Positions 47,892-56,611 of a DNA stretch of 64,000 nt are shown here, one piece after another. Position 1 is the first letter of the stretch. The number at the start of each line of letters is the position of its first letter. Source of the stretch: Nitrospirota bacterium (lineage in GTDB: Bacteria; JACPQY01); contig JACPAV010000005.1 in NCBI GenBank assembly GCA_016180645.1, positions 1 to 64,000 of the forward strand. The letters run 5' to 3'. The notes below the pieces were generated by a model. That model was not told the origin of the DNA and did no database searches. It was given only the letters and a program-made list of their open reading frames with translations. The translations under genes and the position numbers were made by a program.

Positions 47892-49432
47892 ATTTGGCCG
47901 TCGCCCTGGTCATTCTTGCGGCGTTCGTTCTCCGAATCGTTCCGAGGATGGTCCGCCCCTACGCCGTACCATCGGACACGTACTACCATCTGTCCGCTGC
48001 GGAGGGGATCCGCCGGAATCGCTTCAGAATTCCGCGGTTCCTGCCCGGATACGGACTGCGCACGCCCTTCGACTATCCCCCGCTTTTCCACTATCTCCTG
48101 GCCTGCCTGCCCAAATCGCTCCGGGAAAAAAGCGAACGGTACTGGGGTCCGTGCATCGACACCTTTCGCATACCGCTCCTCTATTTCGGAACGGAATGGG
48201 CAGCGCCCGGCTGGCTTTCTCCGCGTGATCGCTTCTGGCTGGCCATTCTCATCGCGACGAGCCCCGCCCTCCTTCAAGTAGGGACCGGACCCCGCGCCTA
48301 CCAAGCCACGCCGCGCACGCTCGCCGAATTGCTGTTCGACGCCACACTCCTGACCGCACTGTGGTCGCTGCACCAGACCTCACCCTTCGCCGCGATCCTC
48401 CCCGCGATCTCGGGTGGCCTTCTTCTCCTCACCTCGAAGTTTTCCCTCCAGATTCTTCTCCCGGTATCCGTGGCCGCAGGCCTGGCAGGTCATTCGCCCG
48501 GACTGGCGGCGCTCCCTCTCACGGCGGCGATGGCCGCCACATTACTCTCACGAGGCTACTACCTCAGAGTCCTCCGGGGTCAGGTGGGACACCTCTATTT
48601 CTTCAAGACGGTCACCTCCAGAAAGTATCCGGGTGTCTTCGAAAAGAATCGTCTACAGGACCTGCTGCATCTCCCGACTCTTTTCAGAAACAGCCCCGGT
48701 AAGGCCGCCCGGGTGGTTTTTCAAACCAATTCCTACTTGATCGCAGCAATCCGGCACCCCGCCCTCTGGATGCTCCCGATCCTTCTCCTCGGGGGAACAT
48801 CCCTCCAATCGGCCCCTTCCGCCCAACTGTTCGTCGCCGTCACCCTCGGCGCTCTGGCGGCTTTTCTCCTGACGTCGCTCCGTCCGTTCCTATTCCTCGG
48901 CGAGCCGGAACGGTATCTCGATCACGCGGCGCTGGGGCCGCTGGCCCTGGTTGTCTCTCTAACCCCTTCAACCCGCATCGTAGGTCTCATCCTGGGGTAC
49001 CAGCTCCTAATCTACGCGGCCTACTTCTTCCTCTTCTTGAAGTTGTTTCCCGACCAGCCCGAACAGCGTCAGGCCAGAGCGGAAGCGGCCGCCTTTCTCC
49101 GAAACCACCGGGAGCCCCTTCGAATCCTTTCCATCGGACCCACCTACGAACTCGCCTATACATGCGGTCATGAGATCCTTTTCCCAAGCGGCAACTACTC
49201 CGCCGCCTATATGACGAAAACGGAATTCGACTCTCTCTACGTTCTCTACGGTTACCCCCCGCAGGACTGGCGGTCACTCATGAGACGGTACAAGCTGAAT
49301 GCCGTCTATGCCTCCAAGTCCACCCTGCAACATGCCGGGAGCATCGGTATCCGGTACGATTTTGTCGGCGTTCGACCCGCGTATGAGAACGACCAGGCGC
49401 TCATCTTTCTGAATCCCGGGAACGGCGCCTGA
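47888..49432 (+). CDS. Polytopic membrane protein, GT-C-fold glycosyltransferase/oligosaccharyltransferase-like
   Basis: TM1 followed by SDTYYH and DYPPLFHYLLA; many TMs; GEPERY; C-terminal soluble domain. GTG start overlaps the upstream stop. Confidence 0.65.
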   Translation: MNLAVALVILAAFVLRIVPRMVRPYAVPSDTYYHLSAAEGIRRNRFRIPRFLPGYGLRTPFDYPPLFHYLLACLPKSLREKSERYWGPCIDTFRIPLLYFGTEWAAPGWLSPRDRFWLAILIATSPALLQVGTGPRAYQATPRTLAELLFDATLLTALWSLHQTSPFAAILPAISGGLLLLTSKFSLQILLPVSVAAGLAGHSPGLAALPLTAAMAATLLSRGYYLRVLRGQVGHLYFFKTVTSRKYPGVFEKNRLQDLLHLPTLFRNSPGKAARVVFQTNSYLIAAIRHPALWMLPILLLGGTSLQSAPSAQLFVAVTLGALAAFLLTSLRPFLFLGEPERYLDHAALGPLALVVSLTPSTRIVGLILGYQLLIYAAYFFLFLKLFPDQPEQRQARAEAAAFLRNHREPLRILSIGPTYELAYTCGHEILFPSGNYSAAYMTKTEFDSLYVLYGYPPQDWRSLMRRYKLNAVYASKSTLQHAGSIGIRYDFVGVRPAYENDQALIFLNPGNGA

Positions 49433-51105
49433 TGAACCGCAATTCACTGGCCGCCCTCGGCACGGCTTTCCTGTTTTTGCTCCCCCGGTGGTTGGGTCTG
49501 GGCCAATCCTACTACCAGGACGACGCAAAGATCCCCTTGATTGTTGATCCCGCCTTCGGGCGACAGGGGGCGAATCCCCATCCGCCGCTCGGCGAGGCGC
49601 TTCAGGCCGGATTCGGAGCCATCGCCGGCTACGATCATCTCCGTTGGCTCCCGTTCCTGTTCAGCGCGGGCAACCTTCTTCTGGTGTACCGACTCGCGCG
49701 AACGTGGGCCGGTCCAGCCGCGGCAGGATGGGCGGCGTTTGTTCTCGCGGCGACCTTCTATTCGATCCTCGGGTCCACCATGCTCGACGTGGACGGCGCC
49801 ATCATGCCGTTTTTCGGCCTTCTTGCCATGCTGTCTTACTCCAAGGGCCGCGATACATCGGCTCGCACACTCTGGCGATCCCAGATTCCCACGGCGCTGG
49901 CCTGCGCCGCCGGACTGCTCCTTAAGTTTATCTTTCTCCTCGTTCCCGCGGCCCTGGTCCTTGACGCCTTCTTGAGCCGGCCTAAGCTGAACCGGGATCG
50001 GCTCCAATCGTTTCTTCTGCCGGTTGTCGTGGGCACCGTGGCGTTCGGCGCCGGGCTGGCCCTCCTGAGGCTGCTCTATGGAGGCTCGGACGTCACACAC
50101 GCCATCGAGTTCGCAAGTGGGTTCGAATTCTTCAGGTTCGACCGGATCTCGGTCGCTCACAAGGCCTTCGAGTTCATCAAGTGTCTCCTCTATGCCTCAC
50201 CTTGGGTTTTGATCTGTCTCCCGGCGCTTCGACCACTCTGGAGAACCGCGCGTCCGGCGTTCCTCTTCATTTTGCTCTACGTCCTGGTCCATGCGGTTGT
50301 GCTGAGGCTTGAGGGAAGAGCGATCGATCGATACTTCGGAATGACCGTGCCTTTCGCCGCTGTCCTGACGGGCATCGCCGCATCGAACCTCCTGCCCGCA
50401 CCGCGTTCATGGACGCGAAAGACGGCCGCCGGGCTCTTAGTCCCCGCGGCACTGGCCATTCTGCCGCTGATCTTCCTGATCCCTGCCGGTCGGATCATCC
50501 CACTCTACCCGAAGACCGGATTCGTATCGGCCCTTGCCCGAGGCGACTGGACGACACTGATCCCATTCCGCGGTGGAAACGGCCCCGCGGGATTCTACAT
50601 TCCGATGGGATTCGCCGTCATTTCCTGGCTCCTGGCGTCACTGTCGCTTGCGGTTTTGGTCCTCAGCCGTGGTAGCCGAATCAGAATCACATGCCTTCTG
50701 ATCCTCGTTTTCCTCGGGTTCTCATACAATGCCGTATTTGCCGAAGAGTTTGCGCTGGGTCTCCGCTATGGCAATCCTAGCCGGCTCGCGAATCGCGTTC
50801 TGGGAGAGGTCACATCGATGCGGAATGTTCCCCGCGTTATCACCTACGATGACATTGGCCTGTACGAACTGTCGGTGTCCCGCCAATATGCCGGGCGCTT
50901 CTATGGCGTTCCTGAATACTGGGAATCCAATCGAAAAAAGCTGGCGGCGGCACGGGACGCTCGCATCCTCGTCGTCCACTTTCCCATCCTCGATCCCCAT
51001 GGCCCATACTGGCGATACTTGTCCGGATGCCTGCGACTTCGAGAATGGCGCCACCGGCGGATGGAAGCGTTTCTCGCCGACTGCTCCGGCGCCGCCCTAC
51101 CGTAG
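49432..51105 (+). CDS. GT-C (ArnT/PMT-like) membrane glycosyltransferase
   Basis: QSYYQDD, HPPLG, LRWLPFLFS, DVDG, GLLLKF, DRYF; many TMs. Confidence 0.78.
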   Translation: MNRNSLAALGTAFLFLLPRWLGLGQSYYQDDAKIPLIVDPAFGRQGANPHPPLGEALQAGFGAIAGYDHLRWLPFLFSAGNLLLVYRLARTWAGPAAAGWAAFVLAATFYSILGSTMLDVDGAIMPFFGLLAMLSYSKGRDTSARTLWRSQIPTALACAAGLLLKFIFLLVPAALVLDAFLSRPKLNRDRLQSFLLPVVVGTVAFGAGLALLRLLYGGSDVTHAIEFASGFEFFRFDRISVAHKAFEFIKCLLYASPWVLICLPALRPLWRTARPAFLFILLYVLVHAVVLRLEGRAIDRYFGMTVPFAAVLTGIAASNLLPAPRSWTRKTAAGLLVPAALAILPLIFLIPAGRIIPLYPKTGFVSALARGDWTTLIPFRGGNGPAGFYIPMGFAVISWLLASLSLAVLVLSRGSRIRITCLLILVFLGFSYNAVFAEEFALGLRYGNPSRLANRVLGEVTSMRNVPRVITYDDIGLYELSVSRQYAGRFYGVPEYWESNRKKLAAARDARILVVHFPILDPHGPYWRYLSGCLRLREWRHRRMEAFLADCSGAALP

Positions 51106-52215
51106 ACCCTCGACCAGCGAAAGAAGACTCCCTGCCACGGCGCGGACATGGTGGGGTCGGGCGGCCGCCCTCGCGAGGCGCGCAAATCTTCGGACCTCAT
51201 GGTCGTCCGTCAGCAGCCTGACGACCCCATCCGCAAAACGCCCCACGTCACCCGGGGGCACGCAGAACGGAGCCAACGGACCTTCAAACAGATCCCCCGT
51301 GCCCCCCGCGCTCGTAGCGACAACGGGCAGGCCCATGGCAAAAGCTTCCAGGACGTTCCGGGGAACCCCCGCCCTGAGCGAGGGGACGACGAGCACATCG
51401 GACGCCGCAAACCAATTCTTCATCTCCGAATGCGCAACCCATCCCCGGAAGTCCATGACATTCCTCACGCCCAGCCTCGTCGCCTCAGATTCCACGGGCT
51501 TCCGCGCGGGACCATCTCCGGCCACGATCCAGCGGACCCCGGCAACGCGCCGCCCCACCCGCCGAACCAATTCGGGAAGGAGCATGCACCCCCGATCGAC
51601 AGACAATCGATGAGCAAACAGGACCCATCTCCTCCTCACCGGCAGCCGCAGTTTGCTCTGGAGCTCCGACTTCGGGCCTTTCACGGCACCCCAGGGATCC
51701 ACCCATGAGGGCAACACGGTCACCCGCTCCTCCTTCAGTCCGAACCGGGCTACGTACTCCCTGCGCAACGTTGCCGTGCCCGTGAGAACCAGGTCCGCGG
51801 ATCGGAGCGCGCCGCGGAGGATCCACCCGCTCCCCCACGGGTCCTCTCTGGCGTAGAGCCAGGGTTCCCCACAATGCCAATACAGTGCTTTCCCCCCCCA
51901 GCGCCGCGTCACCCATCGCGCCGCAAACAGTCCCAAGTAAGAGTAATGCACGAAGAAGGTTTCACAGCCCTCCTTCCGGGCCCGCCGGAGCTGGGCCACC
52001 GCGCGCATCCAACCCCCCGGCGCGCTCAAGGTCCTCCCCCATCGGCCGGATGCGGCTTCCGGGGCCGCAGACAGGCTGATCAGAACAGCGCCTCCCCTCT
52101 GCCGCCGATTCAATTCGCGCACAAGAGCACCCACGTGATCGAAGTGATCGTGGCCCCGAGGATTCTTGTGAGGCAGCACGAAACATATCCTGGGGAGGTC
52201 GGTTTTGGATTTCAC
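51097..52215 (-). CDS. Glycosyltransferase family 4
   Basis: VAGDGP, FRGWV, ASDVLVVPS, VLEAFAMGLPVVATSAGG. Confidence 0.9.
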   Translation of the reverse strand: MKSKTDLPRICFVLPHKNPRGHDHFDHVGALVRELNRRQRGGAVLISLSAAPEAASGRWGRTLSAPGGWMRAVAQLRRARKEGCETFFVHYSYLGLFAARWVTRRWGGKALYWHCGEPWLYAREDPWGSGWILRGALRSADLVLTGTATLRREYVARFGLKEERVTVLPSWVDPWGAVKGPKSELQSKLRLPVRRRWVLFAHRLSVDRGCMLLPELVRRVGRRVAGVRWIVAGDGPARKPVESEATRLGVRNVMDFRGWVAHSEMKNWFAASDVLVVPSLRAGVPRNVLEAFAMGLPVVATSAGGTGDLFEGPLAPFCVPPGDVGRFADGVVRLLTDDHEVRRFARLARAAARPHHVRAVAGSLLSLVEGLR

Positions 52216-52242
52216 GGCCCGGCAGTGCTACAGTGTATCAGA

Positions 52243-52884
52243 GTGACAGCGGGCCACCAGCTCCATATCCTCAACCCGCGCCAGCGCGAGTTGCTCGAAC
52301 ACTTCCAACCCTACCTGCGGGGTCGTATCCTCGATATCGGTTGTCGTGACTTGAATCTTGCACGACACCTTCCATCCGGCTGCGTCTACGTGGGCATGGA
52401 TACCGGTTCGGGAGGGACCGTCCGGGCCACGGGGGAAGGCCCTTTCCTTCCCTTCAAGGATCGCGCCGTGGACGTCACACTGGCCATCGCCGTTCTTGAA
52501 CACGTGGATGACCCCTATCGACTCTTCGGCGAACTCGCTCGCATCACACGGCGCACCATCCTCATCAATCTACCCAATCTCTACGAACTGTCGTATCGTA
52601 TTCGATACCTCCTCGGACTATCGCCCAACGGCAAATACGGCCTACCACCCGACCCCCCCGCTGACCGCCACAAGTGGTTGCTCAGTCACACCGAGGCCGC
52701 TCGGTTTGTGCAGGCCGCCGCCGACCGACACGCCCTGACGATCACCCGGTCGTTCCCCTCGTTCCGCCGATATTTTCGTCTCTTTGAACGCCTCTCCCTC
52801 CGGTGGCCGAACGCCACGGTCTGGGAATCCTGGTGGGTTCTGGAGCGGTCCTCAGCCAAGCCTAAACCGATCCCGATCCGCTAG
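52243..52884 (+). CDS. Class I SAM-dependent methyltransferase
   Basis: ILDIGC, YVGMD, LPFKD, VLEHVDDP; start placed at GTG 52243. Confidence 0.8.
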   Translation: MTAGHQLHILNPRQRELLEHFQPYLRGRILDIGCRDLNLARHLPSGCVYVGMDTGSGGTVRATGEGPFLPFKDRAVDVTLAIAVLEHVDDPYRLFGELARITRRTILINLPNLYELSYRIRYLLGLSPNGKYGLPPDPPADRHKWLLSHTEAARFVQAAADRHALTITRSFPSFRRYFRLFERLSLRWPNATVWESWWVLERSSAKPKPIPIR

Positions 52885-53019
52885 GAGCGTGTTGGGATAG
52901 CTCAAATACCCTGAGTCAATCGAAGGGCTCACCACGAACGGTACTTTGAATCGAATCAATATATGCCGCTCGCCCTGAGCGCCGTCGAAGGGTGGAAACG
53001 GAACTATCCCAACACACTC
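52885..53019. mobile_element. 135-bp MITE with 16-bp terminal inverted repeats and CTAG flanks
   Basis: GAGCGTGTTGGGATAG ... CTATCCCAACACACTC (15/16 match); CTAG on both sides; internal REP-like hairpins. Confidence 0.8.
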
Positions 53020-53196
53020 CTAGGTGATATCCCGCACATAGCGGGCCACAATCGCCGGGATCCATCCCGATGATCCTCGGCACGACTACCCAACATGTCA
53101 CCCAAGATTCTCGGTCTCCCGTTGTCAATCGAAGCGCACGGTCTGAGATGGAGTCCTATTGTTATGTCAACATGTTAACGCGCCCGCCTAGCACCA

Positions 53197-53212
53197 TGGC
53201 ACAGGGTTTGCG
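53197..53212 (+). promoter_or_regulatory. Sigma-54 (-24/-12) promoter
   Basis: TGGCAC-AGGGT-TTGCG, 36 nt before the ATG of the PseB-like gene. Confidence 0.75.
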
Positions 53213-53248
53213 CAAAACGCGTCCAGAGGTCAATGCTTCTCTGACTGT

Positions 53249-54244
53249 ATGACGGGAAACACGACTCTGAATTGGAATGGCTCCACGATCCTCATCACAG
53301 GAGGGTCCGGATCTCTCGGCAGCTTCCTGGTCGACTATCTGCTCGAGCATCGCCGGCCCAAGCAAATTCGCATTCTCTCCAACGATCCCGCGGAACAGTC
53401 GGCCCTCAGACGGAGGCTGGAAGACGATCGAGTGGCCTTCTACATTGCCGACATCCGCGAGCCCGGTTCTTTGGCGGACGCTTTGTCCGGCGTCGATTTA
53501 CTTGTCCACGCCGCGGCCCTGAAAGACGTATCGGCTTGTGAAGCCAGGCCCTTCGACGCTTCTGAAATCAACATAGCGGGATCCCAAAACGTTGCCCGCG
53601 CGTGCATCGAGGCGGACGTGAAGAGCGCCCTCCTGATTTCGACCGACAAGGCGGTCAACCCCACCACCGTCTACGGAGCAACCAAGCTCTGCGCCGAGCG
53701 GGTCTTCGTCGCCGCCAATTTCGACCGCGACCACTATCGCGCCACGCACCTTTCCGTCGTCCGTTTCGGGAACCTGGCCGGGACGAAGGGGAGCGCCATC
53801 CCCGTCCTCCTCGCCCAGCGGCGAAAAGGCACCCTCCGGCTCACCGATCCGAAAATGACGCGCTTCTGGATCTCTCTTGAACTCGCCTCTGCCTTCATCG
53901 TTCAATGTCTTGAATCCATGGAGGGCGGCGAAGTGTTCGTCCCACGCACTCAGAGTGTGCGCCTCACGGATCTGGCGGATACCATCGCTCCGGACGGCGA
54001 TGTGGCCTGGGTCGGCGCCCGGCCCGGCGAGAAGATTCATGAAGTCCTCCTCGCCGCGCAGGAGAGCACGCACGCGCTGGACCTCGGAAGCTTTTACGTC
54101 ATTCAGCCGCACAACCCTGCCTGGACGTGCGCGAACTGGAAGAAGGGACGCCCGCTCCCCAGCGGATTTTCATTCCGCTCGGACCTGAATGATCGCTGGG
54201 TGGCGGCGGAACAGATTCAGGCGGTGGTCAGCACCGTCCGCTGA
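53249..54244 (+). CDS. PseB/CapD-like UDP-N-acetylglucosamine 4,6-dehydratase (divergent)
   Basis: GGSGSLG, HAAALK, STDKAVNP, YGATK, VRFGN, TDPKMTRFWI, RPGEKIHE. Confidence 0.85.
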   Translation: MTGNTTLNWNGSTILITGGSGSLGSFLVDYLLEHRRPKQIRILSNDPAEQSALRRRLEDDRVAFYIADIREPGSLADALSGVDLLVHAAALKDVSACEARPFDASEINIAGSQNVARACIEADVKSALLISTDKAVNPTTVYGATKLCAERVFVAANFDRDHYRATHLSVVRFGNLAGTKGSAIPVLLAQRRKGTLRLTDPKMTRFWISLELASAFIVQCLESMEGGEVFVPRTQSVRLTDLADTIAPDGDVAWVGARPGEKIHEVLLAAQESTHALDLGSFYVIQPHNPAWTCANWKKGRPLPSGFSFRSDLNDRWVAAEQIQAVVSTVR

Positions 54245-54806
54245 CGGGGTTCCGAACGATCCGGATGGCCCCGCTCCTCCGAGCGTAGCGCGCACCGCAC
54301 GCACACGGCTTCCCCGGTGTCATGCGCCGATTGCACCGGCACACGTAGCCCTTCCGGGTCGCTGGATTTCCAGCCACCAGCGCGTACGGCTCCACGTCCC
54401 GATGGACCACGGCGCCGGCCGCGACGAACGACCATTCACCGATCTTCACACCGCACACAATCGTGGCGTTGGCGCCGATGGTGGCCCCACGCGAAACGTG
54501 AGTCGGCAGAAACTCTTCCCGCGGAGTCTTGAATCCAGGCATGGAGCGGGGTCGTCGATCGTTCGTGAACACGGCAAAAGGCCCAAGGAACGCGCCATCC
54601 TCCACGGTCACGCCCTCCCACAGGGCGACGCCGTTCTTGACCGTGACATGATCCCCCACCACCACGCCCGACTCCACATAGCAGTGCTCTCCGATATTGC
54701 AGTCTTTCCCGATCCGGGCGCCCTTCATGACGTGGGCGAAGGCCCAGACGCGGCTTCCCGCTCCAATAGAACGGCTCTCCACGAAGGCTTTGGGATGAAT
54801 GAAAAC
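54228..54806 (-). CDS. Hexapeptide-repeat sugar N-acetyltransferase (WbpD/FdtC-like); start unclear
   Basis: VFIHPKAFVE, IGKDCNIG, VFTND, GATIGANATI, AGNPA, C-terminal CRC...CACG. Confidence 0.88.
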   Translation of the reverse strand, partial: VFIHPKAFVESRSIGAGSRVWAFAHVMKGARIGKDCNIGEHCYVESGVVVGDHVTVKNGVALWEGVTVEDGAFLGPFAVFTNDRRPRSMPGFKTPREEFLPTHVSRGATIGANATIVCGVKIGEWSFVAAGAVVHRDVEPYALVAGNPATRKGYVCRCNRRMTPGKPCACGARYARRSGAIRIVRNPVSGRC

Positions 54807-54809
54807 TCG

Positions 54810-54837
54810 GGCTGACCGCTGACCGCTGATCGCTGAT
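54810..54837 (-). repeat. Heptamer repeat (GGTCAGC/GATCAGC)x4
   Basis: Plus strand reads GGCTGAC CGCTGAC CGCTGAT CGCTGAT, between the cyclophilin stop and the acetyltransferase. Confidence 0.8.
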
Positions 54838-54839
54838 CC

Positions 54840-55421
54840 CTACTTCAGTCGGATGTCCTTGATCTTGTCCCCGCGCTGGATCGCCCTTACGATGTCCATG
54901 CCGTCCGTCACCTGCCCAAGTACGGTGTACTGGCCGTCCAAGTGGGGCTGGGGGCTGAGACAGATGTAGAATTGACTTCCGTTGGATTCCTTCTTGGGAT
55001 TCACCATGTCCGGTTGCCGGGCCATTCCCACCGTTCCCTCCACGTGCTTGTGCTGCGTTATTTCCGCGGGGATGGTGTAGAACTCCGGTTTCGCGTCGCT
55101 CTCTTTGACCGTGTTGGCGGCCTCGATCCCGTACTTCCCAGCCAGATCATAGCCCGGGCCGCCCGTACCGTCCCCACGCGGGTCCCCGCCTTGGACCACG
55201 AAACCCGGCTCCACCCGGTGGAACGTCAATCCGTCAAAGAAATCCTTCTTGACCAGGGTCCGGAAGTTGTCCGCGGTCTTCGGCGCCTCCTTGTCCGCGA
55301 GTTCAATGGTGAAGGATCCTCTTTCCAATTGGACCACGGCCTTCCTCTTCTTCGCGCACCCCGAAGCGCCCACGGCCAACAGGCCCAGCATCAATCCCGC
55401 CACCCATGTCCGATTCAGCAT
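54840..55421 (-). CDS. Cyclophilin-type peptidyl-prolyl isomerase, lipoprotein
   Basis: Lipobox ASGC, FHRVEPGFVVQGGDP, GMAR, GSQFYI, HLDGQYTVLG; AAGGAGG RBS. Confidence 0.92.
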   Translation of the reverse strand: MLNRTWVAGLMLGLLAVGASGCAKKRKAVVQLERGSFTIELADKEAPKTADNFRTLVKKDFFDGLTFHRVEPGFVVQGGDPRGDGTGGPGYDLAGKYGIEAANTVKESDAKPEFYTIPAEITQHKHVEGTVGMARQPDMVNPKKESNGSQFYICLSPQPHLDGQYTVLGQVTDGMDIVRAIQRGDKIKDIRLK

Positions 55422-55432
55422 GTTCATCCTCC

Positions 55433-55720
55433 TTACCTTGATCCGTGATTCAACCGCTTGAGCAGGAGCGAACTCGCCTTGAAAGTGAGCATCCGCCGGG
55501 GCGGAATCTTGAACGCGACGGGCCGATTCGGGATTTTCACACTGCGGGAATCCCGGCTCTTGACCTGGAAAATGCCGAACCCCCGGATCTCCACCCGCTT
55601 TCCCTTCTTGAGAGACCCGACCAGCTCCTCGAAAGTCCGGTCGACCACCATCCGAACCGCCTCTTTTTCCAGATTGGGATACTCGCGTGCCAGTAGGTCC
55701 ACCAGATCGCTCTTGCGCAA
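55433..55720 (-). CDS. IHF-beta/HU family DNA-binding protein
   Basis: MRKSDLV, RVEIRGFGIF, FKAS; position after rpsA-sppA is typical of ihfB. Confidence 0.85.
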   Translation of the reverse strand: MRKSDLVDLLAREYPNLEKEAVRMVVDRTFEELVGSLKKGKRVEIRGFGIFQVKSRDSRSVKIPNRPVAFKIPPRRMLTFKASSLLLKRLNHGSR

Positions 55721-55723
55721 GAC

Positions 55724-56611
55724 TCACTCCAGATTGAGGACGGAACCGAAAAAGAAGAAATTCTTGAACGCCCGGGCGGCGAAACGGTCTTCAGGCTCGC
55801 CGGTGAGCCAGTCCAGGAGGCTCGGACGGGGCATGGGCGGCCGAACGACTTCCGGCTCACCCTCGATCGAAAGCCGCTTTTGGAGCCACTCGACCGCATC
55901 ATCATACGATCCCAATTCATCCACGAGACCGAGATCGAGCGCCTGGGCGCCGGAGACCGGCCGTCCATCGGCGATCACCGCCAGGGCCTCGGGTGTCAGC
56001 CGCCGCTCGGCCACCACGTCGGACAGGAACTGTTTGTGAACGTCATCCACCAGCTTCTGAAGGACGTCCAAATCCTCCTCCGACGGGGCGCGCAGGGGCG
56101 AGGCGAGGTCCTTTCGGGCCCCGCTCTTGATGACCACCGGATCGACATGGGCCTTGGCGAGAAGGCGCTCCACATGGGTGTATCCGAGAATAACCCCCAC
56201 GTTTCCGGTCAGCGTTCCGGGATTCGAGAAAATTCGAGTCGAAGCGCTCGCCACATAGTATCCACCCGACGTGGCCATGTTGCCGAGCGACGCCACGACC
56301 GGCTTCTCAGCCTTGATCCGGCGGATGAGGGAGTAGATTTCCTGCGAGGGCCCAACGGCTCCCCCTTGTGAATCGATCCGGAGAATGATTCCCTTGACGT
56401 CTTCCCGGCGGCCGAATTTCTTCAGCCACTTCGTCACGTAATCCGAATCCACGATCAGGCCGTCGAGATCGACGCGCGCCAATTTCTTCCCGCCCCCCAT
56501 GCTCAACATCGCTCCTCCGTGGCCCCGGTAGGCCAGCCACAAACCGGCGATGAACAGCGCTGCGAGAGCCGACGCAAGAACCAGTCCCCCGATCCTCGCG
56601 CCTTTCTTCAC
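55724..56611 (-). CDS. sppA: Signal peptide peptidase SppA (S49)
   Basis: LRIDSQGG, KPVVASLGNMATSGGYY, TGNVGV, KSGARKD, ADGR, GLVDELG. Confidence 0.9.
   Translation of the reverse strand: MKKGARIGGLVLASALAALFIAGLWLAYRGHGGAMLSMGGGKKLARVDLDGLIVDSDYVTKWLKKFGRREDVKGIILRIDSQGGAVGPSQEIYSLIRRIKAEKPVVASLGNMATSGGYYVASASTRIFSNPGTLTGNVGVILGYTHVERLLAKAHVDPVVIKSGARKDLASPLRAPSEEDLDVLQKLVDDVHKQFLSDVVAERRLTPEALAVIADGRPVSGAQALDLGLVDELGSYDDAVEWLQKRLSIEGEPEVVRPPMPRPSLLDWLTGEPEDRFAARAFKNFFFFGSVLNLE

Noticed and set aside
53249-54244. Complete pseudaminic acid pathway
   Set aside because: Only a divergent PseB-like gene is present; no PseC/F/G/H/I homologues in the window, so no gene symbol was assigned.
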